Source of the DNA: Mobula hypostoma
Lineage: Eukaryota
DNA length: 64,000 nt
Assembly: GCF_963921235.1 (NCBI RefSeq)
Contig: NC_086109.1
Coordinates: forward strand, 8,744,001 to 8,808,000
Direction of reading: 5' to 3'
The notes below the pieces were generated by a model, which ran no database searches, was not told the DNA's origin, and saw only the letters and a program-made list of their open reading frames with translations. Both the position numbers and the translations under genes were made by a program. This document shows, piece after piece, positions 48,038-60,003 of the stretch (its first letter is position 1; each line of letters opens with the position of its first letter).

Positions 48038-48330
48038 TTTTTTTTTCAGAAATAAACTTTATTCATAATGAAATAAGATATTTCAATGTCATTTGGTCAA
48101 TACATTTAATGGGGTTAACACTTTCTTTAACCACCATTACCACTCAATGTGATCCCCCCCCCCGGGGGTGATGGACCCTTTCAATGTTTGAGGGGCTTCC
48201 CCACCCTGCTCATCCCCACGGAAGGAGACTGCACCGAGCTTCAGTGCCTCCCTCCGCACATCGTCCGGACTGTGCCATTCGGCAGCCTTCCCTCACGGGC
48301 ATCTTGTTGCACTGGAACACCAACCTTCAC
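48038..48330 (-). mobile_element. Tx1/L1-clade LINE 3' fragment
   Basis: Minus strand gives LVFQCNKMPVREGCRMAQS..VRREALKLGA, then AATAAA and an A-tail. Confidence 0.65.
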
Positions 48331-48704
48331 ACATCTTCCCTTCCAAAGGAAAACGAGGTGAAATGCCAAGGATTTTTTTTTTTAATATATGCCAAGAGGT
48401 TGGTGGTTGTACTGAAAGAGATGCCAGAGGAGGTGATAGATGCTAAAAAGGTATTTCAGTTCAAGTTTGAGTTTAATTGTCATTCAACCATACACGTGTA
48501 TAGACCAAAACGAAACTGTTCCCCTGGGGCCAAGGTGCCAAACACTGTCTGTACGGTCACACCCAGCACATAGAACAAATAGTTACAAGAACACTTAGTC
48601 ACAAAATAACATTTCCTTGAGTGGCATGACCTGAAAGTTGATGGTGTATGAGATGTTGCCTAGGCGACACATCTCTCAAGTTCAAGTTCATTGCTTTTCA
48701 AATG

Positions 48705-49263
48705 TGTTCCTCCATCATGACGTTGATGAGGACCTCAACACCATTATGATGGTGTCGAGACTAGCGCGTGATTTGGATTTAAGTGAGGGAGAGTTGCGCA
48801 CCGTCAGCCTCACTCTCTCTTCCCAATTCCCATCTCGATCCAGTGGCAAGACAGAGTCTAGACGGCTGGAGATGGGACTAGGCGCAGTGGATGACCGGGA
48901 CGTCTTCTGTGTCTTGTCCTGCTCTACACGTTCCATAATGCTTGCAGAGACTGCCTTCTTGACTATTGGACCTTCCATTGGTCTCGTCCACTCAATCCGC
49001 CAGAGTCTGTCTTCACATGCTGGGATAGACAACTCCCTATCACACCGAGGGTTTGAGACCCGTCGGCTACCCTCACCTGGTTTAGCCGGCTTGTCGAAGC
49101 CGTTGCCCGGGGTGTGGCCGCTGTCGCATGCAAACAGCTACGGAAAGCCACAGGTGAGAGCTGAGTGCCAGGTGGGGACCAAAGGTGGACTAACCGCCCT
49201 GAAAAGGACGCGACATGTTCCCCCACCAGAGGTGCTACCCCTCCCTGACACCCCATACACCCC
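48705..49263 (-). mobile_element. Non-autonomous RTE-derived element, family D (5' UTR plus short 3' tail)
   Basis: CpG-rich insert of about 560 bp in an older repeat. Motifs ggctaaaccaggtgagggtagccgacgggtctcaaaccc and gagagagtgaggctgac..gcaactctccctcacttaaatccaa are recalled from RTE1 5' UTR-derived SINEs; not checked against a database. Confidence 0.65.
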
Positions 49264-50337
49264 AAAGGTACACAAAACAAAACAACGGTTCTCCAAACCG
49301 AGGCACACAACACAGCACATATAACTCACACATACAACACATAAAGTAATATTACTGCAAATAAATTAACACACTTAGTAAAATATATTCCAGAAGATTA
49401 GAAAGGACCGGTAACATCATGTGGACCCCGCACATCCTGTTCATGGATTGTCTGTCCCACTCCCAGCGGGTAGGAGGCTACGTAGCATTCACACCAGGAC
49501 CTTCAGACTCAAAAACAGTTACTTTTCCCAAGCAGTAAGGCTGATCAACACCTCCACCCACTAACCCACCACCCCACACCCTGAACCACCGCCACTTTAT
49601 CATTTCCTGTGAGTCACTCTTGTGCCTAACATGACTTCATGGACATTCTATGTAAAGAAGCTGCCTTATAAACATGAAAAATTCTGCAGATGCTGGAAAC
49701 CCAGAGCAACAGACACAAAATGCTGAAGGAACTCAGCACATCAGGCAGCACCTACAGAAGAGAATAAACCGCCGACGCTTCAGGCCAAGACCCTTCATCA
49801 GGACTGTATTTATATTTACTGTGGTTTTTAAATGATTATTGTGTTCTTTATCTTTTGTGGGGGGGGGATTTTGTGCTGCATCAGGTCTGGAGTAACAATT
49901 ATTTCGTTCTCCTTTACAATTGCGTACAGGAAATGGCATTAAATAATTTTGAATCTTGAATTTAGCTTAAGGTGAATTTATGACACACTTCAGAAAGTAA
50001 ACAGTGTAATGTTATTGGTGCTTCATAAGTGATGAGAACTGGGTAATGGCAGAGAGTTCAGAAGCCTCATGCTACTAGTATTCGCTCAGATACTTGTGTA
50101 GGTCAGGAGCAACAGGATATGGCCCCAATGCAGGCAAATAGGAGTGGTTTAGTTAGGTATGATGTCTGGCATAGTCAAGCCAGGTTGAAGGGATCATCTC
50201 TGTGATATGAACTTCCAAAACAACAAATTAACATATAAAGGAGAAATTGATTTATGGAGAAAGGTTGAACAGGTTCGGACTTTATTCCCTGGAGTGTAAG
50301 AGAATGAGGGGAGATTTGATAGAGGTGTACAAAATTA

Positions 50338-50649
50338 GCCGGCTGGTGGCGTAGCGACATCAGTGCTGGACTGCGGGGCGAGAGGTCCCGAGTTCGAATC
50401 CGGCCGGTTCCCTTGCACGCTCTCCATCCGTGCCTGGGGTTGAGCGTCGAGCTAACAACTCGACCTCATGAGAAAACAACCTGGACAGGGATGGGCTCCG
50501 CCAGGTTTCAGATGCCCAAGACATGCTGTACGATGAGCATACCAAAAAAGATCGGTGCAAAAGCTTGTCATGACAGCACCCCGACGACTCCATCAGGAGT
50601 TAAGGGCGCGCGCGCACAAACACGCACACACACACACACACACACATAC
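50338..50649 (+). mobile_element. tRNA-derived SINE with the 3' tail of the RTE LINE at 1395-3320
   Basis: A box tggcgtagcg and B box gttcgaatc. Positions 50560-50609 match the reverse complement of 1401-1450 at 45/50. (CA)n tail and 9-bp TSD acaaaatta. Confidence 0.9.
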
Positions 50650-51094
50650 ACAAAATTATAAGGGATACTGTATTGATAGGGTAAATGCAAGCAAGCTTTT
50701 TTCCACTGAGGTTGGTTGAGACGAGAACTAGAGGTCAAAGGTCAGAATCAGGTTTAATATCACTGACAGATGCCACAAAACTTGTTGTTAGGGGTGCAGG
50801 TCAAGCTGAATTATTTAAGCAGAACATGACGGGGAACATCTTCACTCAGAGAGGGTTCCAGGTGTGGAATGAGCTGCCAGGGAAAATGGTGGATGTGGAT
50901 TTGATTTCAACATTTAAGAGAAAATTGGATGTGTACGTGGAAGGGAGGTGTGTGAGGGGTATGGTGTAGGTGCTGGCTGATGGGACTAGGCTGGGTAGTA
51001 GTTCAGCATAGAGTAGATGGGCCAAAGGGCCTGTGCTGTGCTGTAGTGTTCTATGACTCTATAACTCTATGATTTCAAAATGGGAAAACGCAAG

Positions 51095-51455
51095 ACCATA
51101 GGATATAGGAGTGGAATTAGGCCATTTGGCCCATCGAGTCTGCTCCACCATTTCATCATGGCTGATCCATTTTCCTCTCAGCCCAATCTCCTGCCTTTTC
51201 CCCGTATTCCTTCATGCCCTGACAAATCAAGAATCAACCTCTGCCTTAAATATATCCAATGACTTGGCCGCCACAGCCTTCTGTGACAACGAGTTCCACA
51301 GATTCAGCACTATTTGCCTAAAGAAATTCCTCCTCATCTCCTTTCTAAATAGACGCCCCTCTATTCTGAGGCTGTGTCCTCTGGTCTTAGAATCCCACAG
51401 GAGACTTCGTCTCCACATCTACTCTTTTGAGGCCTTTCAACATTCAATAGGTTTC
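51095..51455 (-). mobile_element. CR1 3' fragment
   Basis: KTRGHSLRIEGRLFRKEMRRNFF..VLNLWNSL. Confidence 0.85.
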
Positions 51456-52124
51456 AACAATCAACAGATCTGTCAGGCAAGATTTTCCCTTAAGAAAACC
51501 ATGCTGACTACGGCCTACTTTATCATGTGCCTCCAAGTACCCCGAAACCACATCCTTTACGACATCCACATTAATTTTAAGATGTAATGGTTTGGGGAGC
51601 TTTTGACTGTTGAAATTGTCTACAGGGCAATGTAGGTGTTAGAAAGCACCAAAAACTATTAACCGGAGTAAAGATACTGACAGAATTGTCACTTTGTGTG
51701 GTAGCTAGTAGCGAGACAAGTTAAGACAAATGGTGCAACTAATGCAGCTTTTTCGCGAACTCTGGGCTCTACCTGAAGGCAGAATATCCCAGATCAGCTT
51801 GGCTGGGAGTGAGTGCAACTCAAAGCGTCAGAAAACACGTCAACCCATTTCAGCCACGATGAAAATGCTAGTCTGAAACCTCAAAAATGCAAGTCAGCGC
51901 AAGAATGTTATTCAGGAGAACAACTTTTAATACCAAACAAACATGATGGGCAAAAGATAATTGGAAATTTAATTAGATATTGTCAACACTTCAGGGTTGA
52001 GTTAAATTTAACTTAATTGATCCACGTTATTTGCCGCTTTAAAAAGAGACGATCATAAGACCGAAAGACATGGGAGCTGAATTAGGCCATTTGGCCCATC
52101 GAGTCTGCTCCTCTATTTGATCAT

Positions 52125-52518
52125 ACTTACTTCCTGCCCCTAACGCCACCAGCGTTTATTGCGGCAATGAGGGTCCTCCATCTCCAGTGGTGTTCAGAGC
52201 TTCCTTCATCGTGTCAGTAGCTTCCTCTCAGCTTTCACTACTGTCAGTCATGCAAGTCCTGGGTGGGGACTTAGGAATACCGTCACACTCATTGCAGTTT
52301 CTATAAAAAAAAATTTTGACTAGTCAGGATTGTTAGCCCTGAGCTGAACCCCTGAATATGGAGGACCAGTGGACCACTCTTAGTCTGCCCTCTACCCTTT
52401 GACCTGTTTGGCATGGGTGACCCTACCAAGAGCCCTGACTCCAGCCAGCATTGCTCTCCGGGTCACTGAGGCATGCAAGCCTCCAAACCACGACAAGATT
52501 GTGATCCTCCTCGAGGCC
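52125..52518 (-). mobile_element. Non-autonomous bipartite RTE element, family C
   Basis: Reverse-complement homolog of 45755-46172. Confidence 0.75.
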
Positions 52519-52609
52519 TATTCCATAATGGCTCTCTTATTTTCTCTCTCAATCCCATTCTCCCACCTTCTCCTCATAACCTTTGACACCCTGACTAATC
52601 AAGAATCTT

Positions 52610-52945
52610 CATAAAGTTGAGTAGAGGAATTGGGGATGTTGTGTTGAAGTTGTATAAGATGTTGGTGAGGACAAATTTGGAGTATCGTGTGCAGCTCTGG
52701 CCACCTATCTACAGGAAAGGTATCAATAAGATTGAAAAAGTGCAGAGAAAATTTACAAGGACGCTGCAGGGACTTGAGGGCCTGAGTTTTAGACAATGGT
52801 TGAATAGGTTATGACTTCATTTCCTGGCGGGTAGGAGAATGAAGGGTATTCGATAGAGGTCTACAAAATTACACAGGGGAAGAAGAAGTAAATGCAAACT
52901 GGCCCCTGAGGTTGAGTGAGACCAAATCCAGAAGCCTTAGGTTAT
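52610..52945 (+). mobile_element. CR1 3' fragment
   Basis: LKLYKMLVRTNLEYRVQLWPPIYRKGINKIEKVQRKFTR. Confidence 0.82.
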
Positions 52946-52949
52946 ATAA

Positions 52950-53665
52950 CCTATAAACCTCCACTTTAAATAAACCAGGTGAATTGTTCTCCACAGCCAT
53001 CTATGGCAATGAATTCCATAATTTCTTTACCCTCTAGTTAAAGAAATTCCTCCTCGTCTCTGTTCTAAAGGGACGTCCTTGTATTCTGAGGCCGTGTCCT
53101 CTAGATCTATACTTTCCCACTATAGGAAACAACCTTTTCACATCCCAGCTATCTAGGCCTTTCAACATTCATTAGCTTTCAATGAGATTCCTCCCCCCTC
53201 CCATTCTTCTAAACTGCAGTGCATGAAGGCCCAGAGCCATCAAACACTCCACGTGCATTGACCCTTTCATTCCCAGCATCATTCTCGAGAACCTCCTCTG
53301 GACCCTACCTAATGCCAGCACATCCTTTCTTAGATAAGGGGCCCAGAACTGCTCACAATACTCCAAGCGTGGTCTGACCAATGCCTTATAAAGCCTCAGT
53401 ATTACATCTTTGCTTTTATACGCCAGTCTCCTCGAAATTCTCTTCATTTCTTTATTTCCCTGAAAACGTCTGCAAGAAAATGAATCTTATATGACATATA
53501 TGTATTTGATAACATATGGACTTTGGCTTTGAAATGAATGCTCACATTGCATTTGATTTCCTTTCTACTGACGCATCCTGCAAGTTAAACTTCAGGGAAT
53601 CCTGCACTAGGACTCCCAAGTGCCTTTGCATTGCCGATTTCTGAATTCACTCCCCACTTAGAAGG
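52950..53665 (-). mobile_element. CR1 3' fragment with a small insert
   Basis: ORF 53172-53447 reads ILRLYKALVRPRLEYCEQFWAPYLRKD. Confidence 0.85.
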
Positions 53666-53799
53666 TTTAAAGGTGACAAATCTTTCTTTGAAGGTTATTT
53701 CATTTGTCAACATTTAAAGTCGAATATCTATTTAATGTTAATTGGGAGCAAAATAGCAATTCTTTGGCACATTTTAAGAATTTCCCAGAAATATCAATG

Positions 53800-54480
53800 C
53801 ACCAATCTAAAAGCAATAGGTTGTCCTTCTATACATACAAAATATCTCAGAAATGATGGCCCATCTGCTCCAAGAACATAGAATTTCAGTCAAGCACGAG
53901 TCAACAGCAACGCTGGGGAGAGTACTTTGCAGACCAAAAGAACGAACCAAGGTGACCAGACCAATGTGGTTTACAAAATCCAGTGCGGGGACTGCAGCAG
54001 ATGTTACATCGGCCAGACTGGGAGAAAACTACCCGGAAGGATTCATGAACATTAACTGGCTGTAAAGCGGCACGACCATCTCTCCCTGGTCTCTACCCAT
54101 GAAGATCAAGAGGGGTACAAATTCGACTGGGTGTCGGCGAAAGGCCTGGTGCAAGCAAACACATGGCATGCTGGGTAATCCCTGGAAGCGTGGCTTTCCA
54201 TGAACAGTTCTGTAAATAAAACATGTCAACCTCGATCCTCTTTAGGAGCCGACGCGGGCAAGATTCCGGAGCACAACGCGTGAAATTCGCCACATAGCCA
54301 ATCAGCGGCAGGATTTCCTCCCCATTTCCGAAATGGCGTCCAATCAGCTGAGTATGTATATAAAAACCAAGCGTTCGCAGGACACTCCACAATCAACAAC
54401 GCACCGATGACGCCTCCTCGCATGATGAGAAAACGTTTGCAAGGAAATTGCCAAGATCGGAGAACAACTCAGCCCAACCA
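53800..54480 (+). mobile_element. Penelope-like element, second family: GIY-YIG endonuclease pseudogene plus pLTR
   Basis: NVVYKIQCGDCSRCYIGQTGRKL..RIHEH*LAVKRHD...LEAW. A degenerate hammerhead-like ccgatga...gaaaacgttt lies at 54401-54440. Confidence 0.88.
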
Positions 54481-54729
54481 ATATCACTGATCTTCACAGA
54501 TATCCAGTTATTAAATTAAATAGTTGTGCAACCTGACCCATTACCATTTAAGGTGTCAGAAGTAAGTTAACAAATAGCTGGAAGGAAAGTTGTCACCATA
54601 TGAAGTAAGTGAGGAAGGCTTTTTCTTTCCTATTCTCACAATCTTCCTCACAGATCTTTCTGGTGACATTTCCAACTAGAACAGCAGAAAAATGATTGTC
54701 AGAAATAGTAATATAAAATTCATGGTATA

Positions 54730-56262
54730 TCAAAGATCAAATTTATTATCAAAGTACATATTATGTCACCATATACAACCTTGAGATTCATTTTCTTGTA
54801 GACATATTCAATAAATCAATAATAAAATATAAAACAACCATAACAGAATCAATGGAAGACCACACCAACTTAGGCATTCATCTGGAGTGCAGAAGACAAC
54901 AAACTGTGAAAGTACAAAAAGAAATAAATAATAATAAATAAATAAGCAGTAAGTATCAAAAACATGAAGTGAAGAGTCCTTGAAAGTATGAGTGGTTGTG
55001 GGACAGGTGCAGTTGAGTGAAGTTTGGTTCAAGAGCCTGATGGTTTGAGGGGTCATAACTATTCTTGAACCTACTGGTGTGAGTCCTGAGGCTCCTGCAC
55101 CTTCTTCCTGTACAGGAAGCGAGAAGAGAGCATGATCTGGGTGGTAGGGGTCCTTGATGATTGACGCTGCTTTCTTGCGATAACGCTTCGTGTAGATGTA
55201 CTCAGTAGGGTGAGGGCTTTATCGGTGATGGACTGGGACACATCGACTACTTTTTGTAGGATTTTCCATTTAAGGGCATTGGTGTTTCCATACCAGGCAA
55301 TGATACAACCAGTCAATATACTCTCCACCACACACCCTTAGAAGAATTTCAAAGTTTTATACGTCATGCTAAATCTTTGCAAGCTCCGAAGAAAGTAGAG
55401 GAATTGCCACTTTTTCTCTGTAATTGCGCTTACAAAGTGCTGGGCCCAGGTCAGGTCCTTCGAAATAATAACAGAGAGGAATTTAAAGTTGCTTACCTTC
55501 CCTGCTGCTGATCCTCTGGCAAGGACTGACTGATGGACCTCTGGTTTCCTCCTCCTGAACTCAATAATCAGTTCCTTAGTGTTGCCGATTTTGAGTGAGA
55601 GGTTGTCGTTAAGGCACCACTCGGCCAGATTTTCAATCTCTCTCCTATATACTGATTCGCCACCACCTTTGATTCGGCCGATGACAGTGGTACCGTCAGC
55701 AAACCTCAATAAGGCATTGGAGCTGGGCTTGGCCACACAGTCGTAAGTGTAAAGTGCGTAGAGCAGGGGACTAAGCACACAGCCTTGTGGTGCACCTGTG
55801 CTGATGGAGATTGTGGAGGGCGTGCTGTTGCCAATCCAAACTCACTGAGGTTTGCAAGTGAGGAAGATGAGGATCCAACTGCACTAAGAGGGATTGAGGC
55901 CAAGGTCTTGAAGCTTATTGATTAGTTTGAAGGGATGATGGTACTGAATGTAGTCGATAAAGATCATTCTGATGTTTGCTTCTTTGCTGTCCAGAAGGTC
56001 CAGGGTTAAGTGAGGAGCCAATGAGATGGCGTCTGCTCTGGACTTGTTGCGCCAGTAGGCAAATTGGAGCAGATTCAAGTCACTTCTCGGGCAGGAGTTG
56101 TCATGTTTCATCACCAAGCCTCTCAAAGGACTTCATCACTGTGGATGTAAGTCTACCGGAGGATAATCATTGAGGCAGATCACCTCACTCTTCTTTAGCA
56201 CCGGTATAATTGAAGCCTTCTTGAAGCAGTTGGGTACCTCAGACTGTTGAAGCGAGAGATTG
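54730..56262 (-). mobile_element. Rex1/Babar LINE; RT pseudogene
   Basis: EVPNCFKKASIIPV, LQFAY, IRMIFIDY, LSPLLYALYTYDC, RFADGTTVIG, VESILTGCIIAWYGN. Confidence 0.92.
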
Positions 56263-56940
56263 AGGATCAGAATCAGTTTTAATATCACCAGCATATGTCG
56301 TGAAATTTGTTGATTTTGTGGTAGAAGTACAATGCAATACATAATAATATTTTTTAAATCTGAACTACAGGAAGTATACATATATATAACAGTTAAATTA
56401 AATAAGTAGTTCAAAAAAGTAGTGAGATAGAGTTGATGGGTTCAATGTCCATTCAGAAATCTGATGACAGAGGGGAAGAGGCTGTTTCTGAATCATTGAG
56501 TGTGTGCCTTGAGCCTCCTGTTCCTCCTCCTTACTGGTAGCAATGAGAAGAGGGCATGCCCTCAGTGATGGGGTCCTTAATGATGGATGCCACCTTTTAA
56601 AAGCATCGTTACTTGAAGGTGTCCTGGATACTACGAAGGCTAGTGGCCATGAAGAAGCTAACTGAGTTTACAACTGTGCAGCTTATTTCAATCCTGTACA
56701 GTACCTCAACCCCCAACCCCCAATGCCAGACAGTGATGCAACCAGTTAGAATGCTCCCCCTGGTACATCTGTAGAAACTCGTGAGTGTCTTTGGTGACAA
56801 ACCAAATCTCCTCAAACTCGGAATGAAATGTAGCCACTATCGTGCCTTCTTTGTGGCTGCATCGATACGTTAGGGCCAGGATTGATCCTCAGAGATGTTG
56901 TCACCCAGGAATTTGAAGTTGCTCACTCTTTCTCCATGGA
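56263..56940 (-). mobile_element. Rex1/Babar 3' fragment
   Basis: RRFGLSPKTLTSFYRCTRGSILTGCITVW. Confidence 0.82.
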
Positions 56941-57024
56941 CACCCCAGCCAATTGATCAGTTGATCAGCACAGATTCAGCAGATCAGAGAGTATGTGTGC
57001 CATGGCATCATAAAATCAATATTT

Positions 57025-57735
57025 CAAACTTCAAAGTAAATTTATTATCAAAGCATGTACTGTATATGTTACCATATACAGCCCTGAGATTCATTTTTCT
57101 GCAGGCATTTACAAGAAAAAAGAAATACAGTAGAATTTTACCAAACACTATACATAAACAGATAAAAACTGGCAAACATAAAAGTGCCAAAGAAGACAAA
57201 CTGTGCAAATGAAAATACAGTCTGTAGGTAATGCATTGTAGTGAGTGAAGATATCGACACTGGTTTAGGTGCCTGATGATTGTGGCATAATAAACAATCC
57301 TGAACATGGAGTGTGGCTCCTAAGGCTCTTGTACCTCCCTCCTGATGGTAGTAATGAGTGGAGACCATAGCTTGGATGGTGGGGATCCTTGATCATGGAT
57401 GCTGATTTCTTGCGACAGTGCTCCTTGAGATGTGCTCAGTGGTGGAGAGGGCTTTGCCTGTGATGGATGGGGCTGTACCCACCACTTTCTGTAGACTTTT
57501 CCATTTCTGGGCATTGGCATTTCCATACCAGGCTGTGACGCAACCAGTCAAGACACTCTCCACTGTAGGTCTACAGAAGTTTGTCTAACTTTTAGATGAC
57601 ATATCAAACCTACTCAAACTTCTAAGAAGTAGAGGTACTGTTGTGCCTTCTTTGTGACAGTTACGTGCCGAGCTCATACCCTCTGATATGGTAATGTCAA
57701 GGAATTTTAAAGTTACTGACCATCTCCACCTCCAC
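57025..57735 (-). mobile_element. Rex1/Babar 3' fragment
   Basis: VESVLTGCVTAWYGN-type sequence and a tactttgaag tail. Confidence 0.8.
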
Positions 57736-58697
57736 AGAAGGACTACAAATATCTTCAGTTAAAGAATGCATGTGAAATTTGAAAAGAGAAATTTCTCACT
57801 GCAAAACCCACTCCAAGGACTATGGTGCTCATGAACTTGGTCCATCTCAGGTGATTCATACCACTCGTGTAGCCAGTGCAGTGATTTCAGATCTTACTTG
57901 TTTATCAAAGCCTTTTTAAATCTCCAACAAATCAACTTATCAATCAAAAACAAATCTGTTTTCATATCGCAAAAAAAGTTTTTAGAATCTCCATCTTATG
58001 TGATGTTTCCTGGTGAATGTTATCTCCTGTTTCAACATTGGACACACCAGATCTGTGAAGACCAGATAACAGAGCCTGGATGTAAAAATATTTTTCATAG
58101 AATAGTTGGCTGGCAATGTTGTTTTCAGTATAACAAACAAGTGCATTCTCAAAAGTTTTTATAATTAACTACTAAATTCACCCATCAAAACAATCCTCTC
58201 CCCGTCCTATAGAGTCGTAGAGAATACAGTAGGGATACAGACCTTCAGCACAATCAGTCCATGCTGATTTCAGTGCCCACCCAGCTAGTCCCAATTTCCT
58301 GCGTACCACCCATATCCCTCTCAGAGTCAGCCTCCACACGCCTTTGCAATGTCACTATTGTACCTGCCTCAACCATTTCTTCTGGCAGCTCTTTCCATAA
58401 ACTCACCACTTCTGCATGAAAAGTCGCCCCTTTTAAATCTTTCCCTTCCCTAGCTAAACCTGTGCCCCCTAGTTTTTGACTCCCCTATACCTGGGGAAGA
58501 GACTGTTACCATCCACCCTACCTGCTCCTCTCATCACTTTTAACATTTCTATAAGGTCACCTCTCATTCTCCGACAGTCCAAGGTTTAAAGACCTTGCCC
58601 TCTAGTCCTGGAAATAGCCTCGTAAATCTTCTCTGCAGTCTTTCCATTTTAACCCACTTCTTTCCTATAACTTATTTACTTTTTGTACACTGACATA

Positions 58698-58989
58698 CAG
58701 ATCTGCCCCACATTACAGCAGGGGTCCCTTCCTGAGAACTATTTGCAACCCAAAGAGTTTGCACTTTGGAAGTGCAGGCACACAGTTATATGCTCAAATT
58801 AATCCTAGCCCAACCAAGATCATTGCGTAGCAAAACCAAGGAGTTTAACTCAACCACTCAAACATTGCCGCGTAATGAGTTCCCACTCTGCAGAAAATTC
58901 CTTCAGCTGTACAGCTGCCAGCAAACCCATCCCAGTTCATTTATGTACAGTGTACAGTAGATGAGTGTTTGTAACCAGGAGAGAGCCTG
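58698..58989. mobile_element. Possible old Tigger-like MITE
   Basis: TA-flanked, weakly inverted ends: cagatctgccccacattaca versus reverse complement caggctctctcctggttaca. Confidence 0.4.
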
Positions 58990-59135
58990 TATCACCACAA
59001 CTCTGAAATGATTCTACAACCAAAAGACTCTTTGAAGGACCCTTCACAACTCAAGTTCTTAGTACTACGTTTTATCTACACAGTTTATCTTCTTTGTTTG
59101 GTCATTTATAGTTTTTTCCAAATTATATTGTTTTT

Positions 59136-59927
59136 CAACACACAAAAAATGTTGGAGGAACTCAGCAGGTCAGGCAACATCTATTGAGAGTTCAAAATTC
59201 AAAGCTCAAAGTAAATTTATTATCAAAGTACATGTATGTCACACATACTACCCTGAGGTTCATTTTCATGCGGGCATACTCAAAAAATCCACAATAGAAC
59301 CAATGAAAAACTGCAAACAACAAACACAGACAAACAACCAATATGTAAAAGGGCAACAAATTACAGTATGCCAATACAAATAAATACATAAACATTGAGA
59401 ACATGAATTGTAGAGTCCTTGAAAGTGAGTCCATAGGTTCTGGAATCAGTTCAGTTATGGGGCACATGAGTTGAGTGAAGTTATCAAGAGCCTGATGGTT
59501 GTAGGGGTAATAACTGTTCCTGAATCTGTTGGTGTAAGTCCTGAGACTCCTGTACCTTCTTCCTGAGAGCAGCAACAAGAAGACAGCATGGCCTGGATGG
59601 TGGGGGTCCTTGATAATGGATGCCCCTTTCCTGCGACAGTGCTCCTCGTAGATATGTTCAGTGGTGGGCAGCGCTTTACCTGTGGTGGTCTGGGCTGAAT
59701 CCATGACTTCTTGTAGGGTTTTCTCTTCAAGGACATTGGCATTTCCCTACCAGAGGAATATACAACATTCCAGGCTGAGGCCCTTCATTCGTCCTCTTGA
59801 TGTATTTCAGCCTGAAACGTTGACTATTTATTCTCCTCCGTAGATGCTGACTTACCTGCTGAGTTCCTCTAGCATTCTGCATGTGTTGCTCTGGATTTCC
59901 AGATTCTGCAGAATCGCTTGTGTTTAT
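59136..59927. mobile_element. PLE foldback with a nested minus-strand Rex1 fragment (about 59190-59752)
   Basis: The reverse arm is split by the Rex insert (IIKDPHHPGHAVFLLLLSGRRYRSLRTYT). Forward arm at about 59795-59927. A tattgtttttc-like duplication flanks the unit. Confidence 0.7.
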
Positions 59928-60003
59928 TCAACTGTATTTGTTTTTCTTAACCTGTAAATGCCTGGAAGAAAATGAACTTCAAGGTAGTATATGATAACAT
60001 ATG

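Noticed and set aside
48638..49324. 228-aa plus-strand ORF as a novel protein gene
   Set aside because: It is antisense to the GC-rich family D element and runs across its boundaries into other repeats. No recognisable domain.
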